From the NCBI RefSeq assembly GCF_009914755.1, contig NC_060937.1: DNA of 64,000 nt; one strand, given 5' to 3'. Position 1 is the first letter of the stretch; every line of letters begins with the position of its first letter. Positions 38,170 through 53,164 of the stretch are shown here, in pieces. Under the pieces are notes generated by a model. The model had not been told where the DNA came from, did no database searches, and saw only the letters and a list, made by a program, of their open reading frames with translations. Made by a program: the position numbers and the translations under genes. This DNA is from the human T2T-CHM13v2.0 reference genome, Homo sapiens.

Positions 38170-38553
38170 TGTACTCGTCCATTCTCACACTGCTCTAAAG
38201 GAATACCTGAAACTGGGTGATTTGTAAAGAAAAGAGGTTTAACTGACTCACGGTTCTGCAGGCTGTACAGGGGGCGTGACTGGGGAGGTCTCAGGAAACT
38301 TTAAGCATGGCAGAAGGTGAAGAGGGAGAAGGCACGTCTTCACATAGCCAAAGCAGGAGGAAGAGAGAGAAGGGGGAGGTGCCACACACTTTTAAACAAC
38401 CAAATGTCATGAGAACTCACTTAGGATCACAAGAACTGCAAGGGGAAACTCCGCCTCCATGATCCTATCACCTCCCACCAGGCCCCTCCTTCAACACTGG
38501 GGATTACAATTAGACATGAGATTTGGACGGGGACACAGATCCAGACCATATCA
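38170..38553 (-). mobile_element. MaLR solo LTR, MSTA-like, with perfect 5-bp TSD
   Basis: tgtactcgtccattctcacactgct...aaagaaaagaggtttaactgactcac...atgagatttggacggggacacagatccagaccatatca. ctgag flanks both ends (38165-38169 and 38554-38558). Confidence 0.93.
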
Positions 38554-38789
38554 CTGAGTAACTGAGATATTTCATGGAGATAGAGGTAACCCATCAGCTG
38601 AGCTAGAGCCCAAGGGACCACCACCACCGCACCCTGGAATTAAGCTGAGAGGGAAAGGGCTTCCAGTTCAACCCTCTATGTTCAAATTCACAGTCTAAGT
38701 CATGTCTCAATATGCTGCGTCCTAACCCAAAATGCGTTTGGAGAGATTTCCTCATAGTTTAAAAGAAAAAAAAAGTTAAATATGATCAT

Positions 38790-40500
38790 TCTAATTGGAA
38801 AAATAAATGCATGTGGATTATAGGAAAGTGCATATTTTAAGGAAAAACAAAAATCATAATGTATGTAAAATCTTGTATTCTGCATTTTTCACTTAGCATT
38901 TCATTGTGAGAATTTTTCCATATCATTAAGCGCTTCTCTAAAATGATTTTGAATATTATCCAATGGTCCTTGAAAAATATGCATGGTTATTAATTTTGAG
39001 TTGATTTATTTTAAACTATTCTCTTGATGAATGTTGAATGTTTTCCCCCAGGCTTAATTTTTTTTAATTGCAATTTATATCTTAGTAAAATCCTTCATAT
39101 CTGTTTCTGATTATTTCCATAGAGGGAAGAATGATAAAGCAGAATTGCAGATCCAAAGGAGGTAACCATTTCTGAGGCATCTGAGACACGTTGGAAGTCT
39201 GCACTCTGGAAATTATACACAAATGGGCACACTCATGGACAAGGTATGTGTGATTCTTGATGCTTATCTCCACTTGACAATTGGAGTATTGTGAATTTCT
39301 GAAGTCTTTCCCTTTTTGGCCATTAAAACAATGGTAGCTGGTATCAGGTTGTGTTTGTTTGCCTGTGAGTGAGGGTACACTGCTTTCTTGAGGGAACTGG
39401 CTGTGTATTGGTCTGCCTTTCTGAACTATTTGTATCCATAGACCATTCTTCCATAGAGATGTTTTTTCTTATTGATTTATAAGTGCTCTTTACATATTGA
39501 GATATTTAATAGCCTTTGAGTACTGCATATATTTTAAATGTTTTCCCCAATTTGTCATTTGCCTCTATTTTTAATATGAAAAAGTATAAAAATTTTAGGT
39601 TGTCAAGTCCATCAAATTTTTCCTTAGTGTTTTATCTTTGATGTCATGTTTAGAAAATCTGTCTTCACGTCGGATCTCTACACATGTGACATTTCTTTCT
39701 ATAGTTGTTTAAGATTTCCTTGTTCTTCATCTGGAGTAGATTTAGATGTATGGTATGAGTACAAGTGCCAACATGTATTTATTTATTGTTTATAATTAAA
39801 TATTCCAGCAGAATTTATTGAATAATTCAGTCTTTCTCCACTGATTTAAAATACATTTTTACATTAAAGAATAATGCATAGTTTAGTTCTATTTCTGCTT
39901 CTCTGTCTCTGCCATTGAACTCCTATCTCATCACCTGTCAGCGCCACAAGTCTGAGTCGGTATGGCCTGATACAGCTTGTTTTCAAATGAAGCAGAAGGA
40001 TATCCCTTCATTATTTTTCTTACTCATTTGTACTTCCATATCCAGTTTAATATAACTTAGTTAAGTTTGCAAAATTATGTTGACTTTTTACTGGAATTTC
40101 ATTCAATGTATTAAATAATTTAGGGTGAATTGACATCTTTGCAATATACACAATGACTTTACTATCTAGGATTATGACATGCTTATTTACTTTATATCTG
40201 CTTCCTTCATAAATATTTGCTTGATAAAGATATATTTTTCATAACATTTATTTCAATATATCTTCATGTGATATGGTTATTCTGAACAACTTTTTCATTG
40301 ATGATATATAAGAATTATATCAATTTTTGTATATGTATTCTGCTAAGTGCATCTAGATTGACACAATAGTTAACCTTACTTTGCAAGTTATTTATTGAGA
40401 GAGAGGTAGAGGAGAAAAATCTTACTATTAAAAATAATGATAATTTCGCCTTACAAAGTTTTAGATTTTACTTATCTCCTTGAAATGCTTGGGATCAAGT
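38790..40500 (-). mobile_element. Ancient L1 (L1ME-type), fragmented
   Basis: ctgcatttttcacttagcatt, ttcttattgatttataagtgctctttacat, tgatgtcatgtttagaaa and aatttagggtgaattgacatcttt. Confidence 0.8.
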
Positions 40501-40777
40501 CATCATAATTAATGCAAAAGGAAAAGTAATATTAAAGGACGTTTCATGGACTCCACCATACACAGGACATCCTTTAAAGCCTGCTGCGTCCTTGGGGTGA
40601 ATTTTTGATATCTGTATTTCCTGTTCACTCAGACGCTTGTTCTGATATTCTTGTGTGGAATGTGACCTTACCTTGAAGGGGGAATGAGAGAGAGAGAGGG
40701 AGAAAGGAGAGAGAGGGAGAGAGGAGCTGGATACATTTATTTAATGTTACTGTTTTTTAGGGGAAAGGGGAGTAAAA

Positions 40778-41835
40778 GAGATGGGTCCTTATTGTTCTGT
40801 TTGTGGAGAACTCTGCAGTAAATCAGATGGGTCCTTATTTTCCTGTTCGTGGAGAACTCTGTGCAGTAAGTCAGACGGGTCCTTATTGTCCTGTTCGTGG
40901 AGAACTCTGTGCAGTAAGTCAGACGGGTCCTTATTGTCCTGTTCGTGGAGAACTCTGTGCAGTAAGTCAGACGGGTCCTTATTGTCCTGTTCGTGGAGAA
41001 CTCTGTGCAGTAAGTCAGACGGGTCCTTATTGTCCTGTTCGTGGAGAACTCTGTGCAGTAAGTCAGACGGGTCCTTATTGTCCTGTTCGTGGAGAACTCT
41101 GTGCAGTAAGTCAGACGGGTCCTTATTGTCCTGTTCGTGGAGAACTCTGTGCAGTAAGTCAGACGGGTCCTTATTGTCCTGTTCGTGGAGAACTCTGTGC
41201 AGTAAGTCAGACGGGTCCTTATTGTCCTGTTCGTGGAGAACTCTGTGCAGTAAGTCAGACGGGTCCTTATTGTCCTGTTCGTGGAGAACTCTGTGCAGTA
41301 AGTCAGACGGGTCCTTATTGTCCTGTTCGTGGAGAACTCTGTGCAGTAAGTCAGACGGGTCCTTATTGTCCTGTTCGTGGAGAACTCTGTGCAGTAAGTC
41401 AGATGGGTCCTTATTGTCCTGTTCGTGGAGAACTCTGTGCAGTAAGTCAGATGGGTCCTTATTGTCCTGTTCGTGGAGAACTCTGTGCAGTAAGTCAGAT
41501 GGGTCCTTATTGTCCTGTTCGTGGAGAACTCTGTGCAGTAAGTCAGATGGGTCCTTATTGTCCTGTTTGTGGAGAACTCTGCAGTAAATCAGATGGGTCC
41601 TTATTGTCCTGTTCGTGGAGAACTCTGTGCAGTAAGTCAGATGGGTCCTTATTGTCCTGTTCGTGGAGAACTCTGTGCAGTAAGTCAGATGGGTCCTTAT
41701 TGTCCTGTTCGTGGAGAACTCTGTGCAGTAAGTCAGATGGGTCCTTATTGTCCTGTTCGTGGAGAACTCTGTGCAGTAAGTCAGATGGGTCCTTATTGTC
41801 CTGTTCGTGGAGAACTCTGCAGTAAGTCAGATCTG
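40778..41835. repeat. VNTR, 48-bp unit (some 46 bp), 22 copies
   Basis: tcaga(c/t)gggtccttattgtcctgttcgtggagaactctgtgcagtaag, matching the 16-aa periodicity in the ORF track. Confidence 0.98.
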
Positions 41836-42574
41836 CAGTGCACACAGCACAGCCTTTCCTAAAGCAAAGGTGAAGACTGTTGGGTTTTCTTTAGTCTCCA
41901 AGGCATCGACATGCTCGGAGCATGTGTTTGTCTTTTGGTTTTGAGCCAAAAGTTGTCGGTGTTAATTGAAAACCTCCTAACAGTGTTAAAGCAGAGTTTT
42001 AAGGCAGGTGGATTTGAGCACTGACCTTGAGCCTGGGCACCTAAGTCAATTGTTTTTCCTACATTGGCAACTCTGTGTGAAGCACCGTCCCCGATGCCTG
42101 GCACATTGCAGGTGGCCCATAGCTCCTGGCTGTGGGGTGGCCTCTCTCCAGTGCTTGCTGCCTTCCAGGTACGCGGTGGGACTGCAGTGCTGGCCCACTT
42201 TAGGTGAGGCAGGCCGGGTGGCAGATGTTGCTGCCATGTGGAAGACTTGCTTTTTGGCCCAAGGCCCTCTAGGACTCTGCTCTCCTCTGGGAGAAGCTGG
42301 CTGTGCTTGGAATGCCGCTGCTTCACAGGCCTGGGGTAAGGGACCCCCCACTCTACCCCACCCCGATGAGCTCCTGTGGACACATGCCGTGAGCAAAGCC
42401 AAGGCTTCCTGTGGTGCTCTCTGGGATGCTGACCATCCGTCGTGGTGGCAGCCAGCTGCCTATCTGACTGATGCATGAGGTTGTATCGGAGATTTTAACC
42501 AAATCCATGAAAGCCCCAATCCAGGGAAGCCCCGATTCACCTTCTGGGAGGAAGAGCTCCCATGGCTTTGTCAG

Positions 42575-43160
42575 CGAGGTAGACAGAAGGGTCCCCCAAA
42601 GATGTCTTTGCCCTGGTTCCTGGAACGTGTGAAAATGTGTTACCTGGCAAATGCGGCTTTGCAGATGTGATTAAGGTTAGGAGTACAAGATAGGGGCATT
42701 CCCTTGGATGCTGCAGTGGACCCAAGAGAAGCATGGGAGCTCTAACAATCACCTGGAGACCGGAGGCAGAAGGGAAGCTCAGAGACAGGAGGGTCGGGAC
42801 TGCACCCATTGTTCCTGGCTTGGAGGCTGCAGGAGGCTGTGGGCCAGGGGAGTGGGCAGCTGCAGGTGGTGCTGTGCATGGCCCCAGTGGGGGGCCAGCA
42901 AGGAAACAGGATGTCAAACCCATATCTGCAGTGGCTACACTCTGCCAGCCACCCCAGTGAGCCTGGAAGCGAATTCCCCCCTTGAGGTTCCAGGTCACAT
43001 CCTGCCCACCAGGTCTCTATTTCCACCTGGGGGACCCAGAGCAGGGATACCATCTGAGCCATCAGACTTTCCACCACTAGAAGCATGCGGTGAGCAATCT
43101 GCCTCGCTCTAAGGCACCGTTTGTGGGAATCTGCAACAGCACCCACAGAAAACAAAAGCC
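42575..43160 (+). mobile_element. MaLR LTR, MLT1D/E-like
   Basis: ccccaaagatgtc...ctggcaaatgcggctttgcagatgtgattaaggttagg...gccagcaaggaaacagga...gtgagcctggaagcgaattc...tttgtgggaatctgcaacagcacccacagaaaac. Confidence 0.8.
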
Positions 43161-45993
43161 GACTCCCGTCAGCGCGCTGATCTCCGTGACGCACGTCGTT
43201 GTCCTTTAGAGTCCAGTACTTTAGAGCTGAGAGGCAGGGAGGCCACCGTGAGGTTTTCTTTCTCGAGGAGACAATTTTCACAGCTGTGCGGCAGATGGAG
43301 GGGGCGTTGCAGATGGAAAGACTGGCTGGGAGGGGACTGCGGAGCCCAGGGTAGGGCCAGGGTTCAGGGTCCAGTGGTAGCAGCGGAGAAGGAGCAGGAC
43401 GAGCAAAACTGCCACCTGTCCTGGCAGGAGAGATGGCAGTGGGGCAGCAGGTGGCGGCCAGCAGGATGCAGGGAATCATCACCCCTTCCCTCCGAGCACT
43501 CACTTTCACACTAAACACTCTCACCCCAGACACATCAACCCAGGAGGTCATTTTCTTGGGTCCACCTTGTCTGGGTCACTGATGTTAGAAGGACCTAGAG
43601 CCCAGACGAGGATCAGGCACCCATTTAGGCTGTGTCTTTAGAGAAACTGCCAGAGGGCTAGACTTAGAGAAAATATTGCAATCAACAGAGGGGGAAGAAG
43701 GTGTTCTGGCCATGGGCAGACTCTGCCCAAGTGAGGCATGGTGGCAAGAGAAGCTCCACTGACTTCTGCTGGGGACATTTTTCTCCCCCATGAGGGGTCC
43801 CTGATCCACCCAATGGCAAATGCTGCCTCCTCTCTGTGCTCTGATGTCGCTGGACTACTCCGACATACCCACCCTGTTTAGGTGAAATCACAGTTGAGCC
43901 TGCAGCCCTTAAGCCCTTTCCTATAGGACAGATGAATGGACGGTGCTGATGGAGTTGCCTCGCTCTCTGTGCCAAGCCTCATGCTGGGGTATGCGCTCAC
44001 TGCTTGCAGATCGGTGGCCCCCACTGCCTTCCTGCTGTGGCTTCTGTGGACCCCTCTGCCTGGAATGCTGTTCCCTCCCTAGGGCAAGCCCAGCATAACA
44101 CTGAGCTCTGATTCTGCACCGTTCCTCCCAGGAAGCCTTCCTTGCCATCCCAGCCGCATGAGGGGTCCAGCCAGGCCTGCAGCTGGACACAGCCACCAAG
44201 TGGGCTAGGCAAGGCCAGCCAAGGGGCCACCCAGTCAGCCCACATCTTTGTAAGAATTGACAGATCCTTCTCAGCTGCTCTGTTTTGGGGATGGGTTGTT
44301 AGGGAGCAAATCCTAACCGACACCATGGTCTCAACTCTGGGGAGAGAACGACGTGGATGAGCTGATGACTGGGGTGGTCTCAGCTGTTGGAATTGTGGCA
44401 AGATGACATCATTGACTTTCTGGCGGGTTTTCTCCCACTAGCTGATCCCCAAGGCTCCATCAGAAGCACAAATGAATCAGAAACACATGGCTTGGCAGCC
44501 AGGTGTCTCTCAGGGTGCGTGCGGGGCTACAGGTGAGACATTAAGCAGGGTGGTAATGATGATGGTGCTGACCTTGCTGGTGGAGTACCAGGCGCGCTCT
44601 GTGGCTCTGTCATAAGCATCTCACTCTGCAGTCTAAATGGGACTGGACTGCAAAGCTTTGCAGCAGCCAGGTACTGTGCAGAGGTGCTGGTGCTGGGATG
44701 CTGTAGCACCCCAGCCTGGACCATCCTTATTCTCCAGGTTGAAGGCTGTGGGAACCCTGGCACAGCAGGCGACATCTTCAGCCTTGAAGAGTGGGAAGGG
44801 GAAGGTGTGTGCTGTGTCCAGCTCTTTCTACCCCTCCTAGAGAAGGCGCTGCCTGAGCTGGGTTCAGTCGGGTCCTGGGGGAGCAGTGGGTTCTCTACTC
44901 TCAGAAGCAATTCACACTTTTAAAGCCAATTAATAACTGATGAGATGAACAGTGCCTGCAAAGGACCTGAAGGTCCATTTCCATTCCACAAACCTTACAT
45001 CAGGAATAGTGTTCAGCTCCGCAGCCCAGAGGATGAATGAGGCCTCTGGGGAGTTCAAGCCCTAATGCGGAGAGTTAATTTGTTATGCTCAGTTAGTCTC
45101 TTTGCATTAGAAAGGTAATAAATACGTGCACGTTTAAAAGCTACCTAAGCATATTACACTGGAGAAGGAAGGCCTTGCTTAGATTGGCCTTTTCCAGAAG
45201 AGTTTTAAATTTTGACCCAAGGCTGCACCCAGCTCTGGAACCTAAGGTTTGAGTCTGTGCTAAGCTTGTTCAGTATGATGAGCTACCTAAGCAGGTCACA
45301 GGCCATATGACATTACACTGACCTGGGACTCGAGGGCAGGGAAAGTCCAGCCTCAGAATGGCAGCAGTTGAGGCAGATGTGGGGTATGGGGTTGCTGATT
45401 TGTCTTCTTAGCATAGCAACAAAGACATTTTGTGTTTCTATGCACTGCTGGATCTGAACCCGTGCTCTGAAAAGCTGAGGTGCTGCAGGGTGAACCCCTG
45501 CACTGGCCGTCTGGGGGCAGATCCATCCAGATCCCACCCTGTGGCTGGAGAACCAAAGGGCAGCCAGTGCCTTGGCCCTTGTCTTCGCAGCCCCACGAGG
45601 AAGTTATTCAGGTTGGAAAAGACAATTAAATTTGGAAAACTTGATTGGGGTGGGGGCCTGAGCGCTTTCCCCCCAGCTGCATCATGAGGCGCCTGGCCAG
45701 TCCGCACACTCAGGTGCAGGTCCTGCTGGCCTCTGCCCCGGCCACTGTCTAGTCACCTCTTCCAGCAGGCGAGGCGGGGTGGCAGGTGGCTGGCCTCCTC
45801 CTGGAGGCATTCCCGTGGTGTCTGTCGGTGTCACAGGCATCACTGCACTGAGACTCCCGCCCACCAGGCTTCCTGCTTCCTCTGGTGGCTGACTGCATGT
45901 GTGTTTTCATCTTTTTAAAATTCCTTGTTGTGTCCATTTCCTGGGGCTGCTGTCACCACCACAGACTGGGCAGTGCTCTGCAGTCTTCGGTAG

Positions 45994-46467
<474 letters not shown>

Positions 46468-46577
46468 TCCTTCTCTTCTTATAAGGAGAGGCCATGCTGG
46501 ATGCAAGGCCCCCACTCCAGTGTGACCTCACCTCAACTAATTACATCTGCAAATACTCCATTTCCAGATAATGTCAC

Positions 46578-46908
46578 TGTCTTAGGGCGTTTGTGCTGCT
46601 GTCACAGAATGCCATGGACTGGGTAATTGATAAAGAACAGACACTTCTTTCACACAGTTCTGGAGGCTGGAAGTCCAAGATCCAGGTGTGGGCACCTGGT
46701 GTCCGGTGGGGGCCCTCTTGCTGCGTCCTCATGTGTCAATGAGGAATGGAGATGAGCTCCTGGTAAAGCCCATTCATAAGGACACCTGATCCCTCCAGGA
46801 GGAAAAAGCCCTCTGGGCCAAATCGCCTCTAAAAGGGCCTGCCTCTCAATCCCATCACATTGCCAACACCTGCATTGGAGGCGGAGGAGACACACTCAAA
46901 CCATAGCA
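46578..46908 (-). mobile_element. MaLR solo LTR, MSTD/MSTC-like, nested in MLT1C
   Basis: tgtcttag...tcacacagttctggaggctggaagtccaagatc...cacactcaaaccatagca. Flanks gtcac / gtcgg look like a decayed 5-bp TSD. Confidence 0.85.
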
Positions 46909-47679
46909 GTCGGATTCACAGGAACCAGGAAGGACGTGGGTGTGGGAGGACATGACTCCGTCCAGGGCACATGTTAATCCATCTCTTCAGGCTGTGGCTT
47001 TAGGTCAGCTGTGCACTTAGTCTTCCTTCGTGTGACTGGGGTGTGGGGGATGGATGATGCTTTGGGCAGCAGAGTGGGGGATGAGTCCACACTGTTTGGC
47101 TCTCCCTCCTTCCCAGTGCTCCCCTCACCACCAGCACTGCTTTGCTCTGCCTTTCCACAGTGCCCCCAATTGTTTCAGCCCTGTACCTGCACATACATTC
47201 CTTCCGGCTTTCTATTGCTACCCTGGCCTTATTGTCTGGATCAAATGAAGTATTTTCTGACTGATCAGCATTTTCTGCTGAGATGAATTAGTCAACGAGT
47301 TACGGCAGGGGTATGCAGCGAGAGAGAAATTAACTCCCCAAATGTACATCTTATGTAGGTAATATCTATCCCCCAAATTTGCAGTAACAGTAGTTAAGGC
47401 AACTAATTCCTATAAACCCCCAAATAAGTTGTGGCTATCATGACTTATTCCCAGTCCCATAACAGATGGCTGGAGGTGTTCTGGGTGGGACAGTTCTTCT
47501 CCAGGTGGTGACTCAGGGATCCAAAGCTCTTCTGTCCTATGATATATCATCCTCTATAGGTTGTTCCTAAGGGCACCAAGATGTTGCCTCTATTCCAGTC
47601 AAATGGAAAGGGGGAAGATCATGGAGGAGGACATGTGGAAGGTGAAAGTCACCTATTTTTATGTTCCATTGTACCTGCT

Positions 47680-48330
47680 ATGGAAGGCCCTATACACCAG
47701 GAGAGGTGGTGTTGAACAAGATAGATCTTACCCTGTCCTCATGGAGCTTACAGTCTGGCTGGATTAGTGTCACAATTAGTTCAATTGCTCAAGTCAAAAT
47801 TCCATGAATGCCAGTTTTCTCTCATTTTTTCTCAATCTAGTTTGTAGCTGGAATTTCAAATATCCAGCCAAAAATCTTCATCACAATAGCATGAAGTTCA
47901 ACATATTCTTTCTCTCAATGTCTCTTCAATCCATTTTCTTGTTGCCACCAGAATGACTACAGCAGCCTCCAAGCTAATCTTGCCTCTTTTATTGACTGTT
48001 TTCAACTCTGCCCCATCTCACCAGCAGAGCCACACTAATAAACTGTAAAGCAGATTGGGCTCTGGTTTCCTATACAATGATTTTCCTGGTTCTTACCAGA
48101 TAAGGTCCAAATGCCTTAGAATAGAATCCAAGATCCTCTGGAGGCGGGCCTCTGTCAACGTCTACATCCTTGTCCCTCAACACCCCCTCTCACCTCTCTC
48201 CTTCCAGCCCTGTACACACCACCCCCATTCCCACAAAACACTCTTGGATGCACCACCTTGCTCATTCTCTCTGTGCCCTCAAATGGAATATGGTCCCTCT
48301 GTCTTACCTTCTTGGTAAACTCCAATTACG
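47680..48330. mobile_element. L2 fragments (short antisense piece followed by a sense piece)
   Basis: ccctgtcctcatggagcttacagtct, then gactacagcagcctcc...cagataaggtccaaatgcctta...ccttcttggtaaactcc. Confidence 0.6.
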
Positions 48331-48337
48331 CCTTTAG

Positions 48338-51260
<2,923 letters not shown>

Positions 51261-51439
51261 AAAGAAGCCCTGTACTATCTTGGTGGGGGTTCAGAGCCCC
51301 GTTCAATCTGCCAACTCTACAGGAACAAAGCACAGCCTCACCCTCCTTAGATATCTCCCAGTCACCTGGCAAAATCAACCACTTCATCCTTTTATTGTCA
51401 CCTCTGACTTTAATCACGCTGTCTAGGTTCTATCCCCAA

Positions 51440-51625
51440 CTAGACAAAATGCTCCTTGAAGGCAGAGACAGAGTCGATTTATTTATCCCCAGCACCAGTA
51501 CAGTGCTTGGCATTCAATCCATCACTCACTCATCAAACGTTATGTAATGCATGTTATATATGTGAACATATTGGGAATTCAGAGAGAAATGAGACATGGT
51601 TCCTGATATTGAGAGGTTTGCTTCA
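51440..51625. mobile_element. Two L2 3'-end fragments, tail-to-tail
   Basis: Sense ctagac...gctccttgaaggcagagac...tatccccagcaccagtacagtgcttggca, then antisense ttcaatccatcactcactca...gagacatggttcctg. Confidence 0.55.
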
Positions 51626-52103
51626 GCATTGCAAGGTTGTGGGTAAAAACATATGTGAAACATATCATTCAAATAACATATGTGTATGTGAATATACATG
51701 TGTCTATTTATATGCACATATACATGTTGAAACATATAACAGTCAATAAACTTTGTCTAACAACTGATACAGTCGTTTGAATACTGACCCTGCTTCCAGA
51801 AGCATAAACGGCTAATGAGTGGGACCTTGGCTCCCTTGTCATAGTTACCATCCCGTTACACAGTGTAACAATGTCATATGTGAAATACATATGTGTTTGC
51901 TCATTAATCCATTGTCTGTACATTTTGAGAAGACAGAAACAAAGGTGAAGTAAAGTTGTGTAGCCAAAGTTATTTCTTCGTTGATTAAATTCCGTGCTGC
52001 ATGTAGGAATCAGGTCTGATTCACCCTTTTCCCTCTCCACACCAAGCACATAATTTTCTCCCCATGGACGATACATGCTAAACATTGAATAAATATTGAA
52101 TAC

Positions 52104-52305
52104 ATGGATGGATGGATGGATGGATGGATGGATGGATGGATGGGTGGATGGATGGGTGGATGGATGGGTGGGTGGGTGGGTGGATGGATGGGTGGATGGA
52201 TGGATGGATGGGTGGATGGGTGGATGGGTGGATGGATGGATGGATGGATGGATGGATGGATGGGTGAATAGATGCTAGATGGGTGGGTGAGTGATGGATG
52301 ATGGA
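52104..52305. repeat. (TGGA)n/(TGGG)n tetranucleotide array
   Basis: Direct sequence. Preceded by the L2-tail-like aataaatattgaat. Confidence 0.97.
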
Positions 52306-52919
52306 CAGATAGACTTCGAATTTGAACTAAAGATCTTGAAGTAGGGGCAGCTTTATGAAAATTAAGCAACATGATGTCCTAGGATACATTTGGTAAACCC
52401 TAAAATTATGTGCGTAAATTATTCCTGTGAGATTTATATTCTTTATACTTCACCTCTTCTTGAAAACATTCTGAGGCTCCTGTGAGGTCTTCGTTCCAGT
52501 GGATGTTGATTCTGGTGGGTCTGACCCGCCAACATGGACAAAATGGGCTGGTGATCCCTGTCCACCATCTGCCCTCTGCTGTTTTGTCTGGACCCCAAGA
52601 ACATGCAGTGGGAAAACGGGCCAACACTCCACTCACCCTTCATCCCACAGCACCGAAGTGTCCTCAGAAAGAGAGGACTGCAGAAAAATCAGAGTTTTAT
52701 TTATTAATCATTTCTATTTTATTCTTTATCTTATTATATGTCTGATATTTTCAGCTAATCTTAACTCCAAAATTCATCTTGTCTGAAAGAAAGGAAATCC
52801 TTAGGAACACTAGGCAATTTTGAGTGTTTAAACGATAGGCTGGATTAACCACACCGAGTCCCTGGCCAAAGAAGGGGAGTGGAGAGCTGTGCAGTCTTCT
52901 GCATCCTTGACCTCTAGAC

Positions 52920-53164
52920 CAGTGGTTCTCCGTGGTTCTCAACCGGGGTGGGGCTGGTTCACTCCAGGGGAATTTGACAATATGTGAATAAATGTTTGAT
53001 TGTCACTGCTGGGACGTGGGGGTGTTTGGTGTCTGGTGTGCCAAAGGCAGGAATGTTCCGAAGCATTTCACATGCATGAGATTTCGCCCTCCCTCCACCC
53101 CAAATACACACACACAGAATTGTCTGGTCCAAAATATCACTAGAGCAGGTGCAGAGAAACCCTG
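52920..53164 (+). mobile_element. MER20 (hAT-Charlie)
   Basis: cagtggttctc...tctcaaccgggg...ccaggggaatttgacaatat...ttgattgtcac...agaattgtctggtccaaaatatcact...gagaaaccctg. Confidence 0.88.

Noticed and set aside
40781-41862. 268 and 340 aa Cys-rich periodic ORFs
   Set aside because: A by-product of the 48-bp unit being a multiple of 3. The ORFs begin and end at the array edges, and I recognise no protein family.
42742-43551. 269-aa minus-strand ORF
   Set aside because: About half runs antisense through an MLT1 LTR, and there is no recognisable domain.
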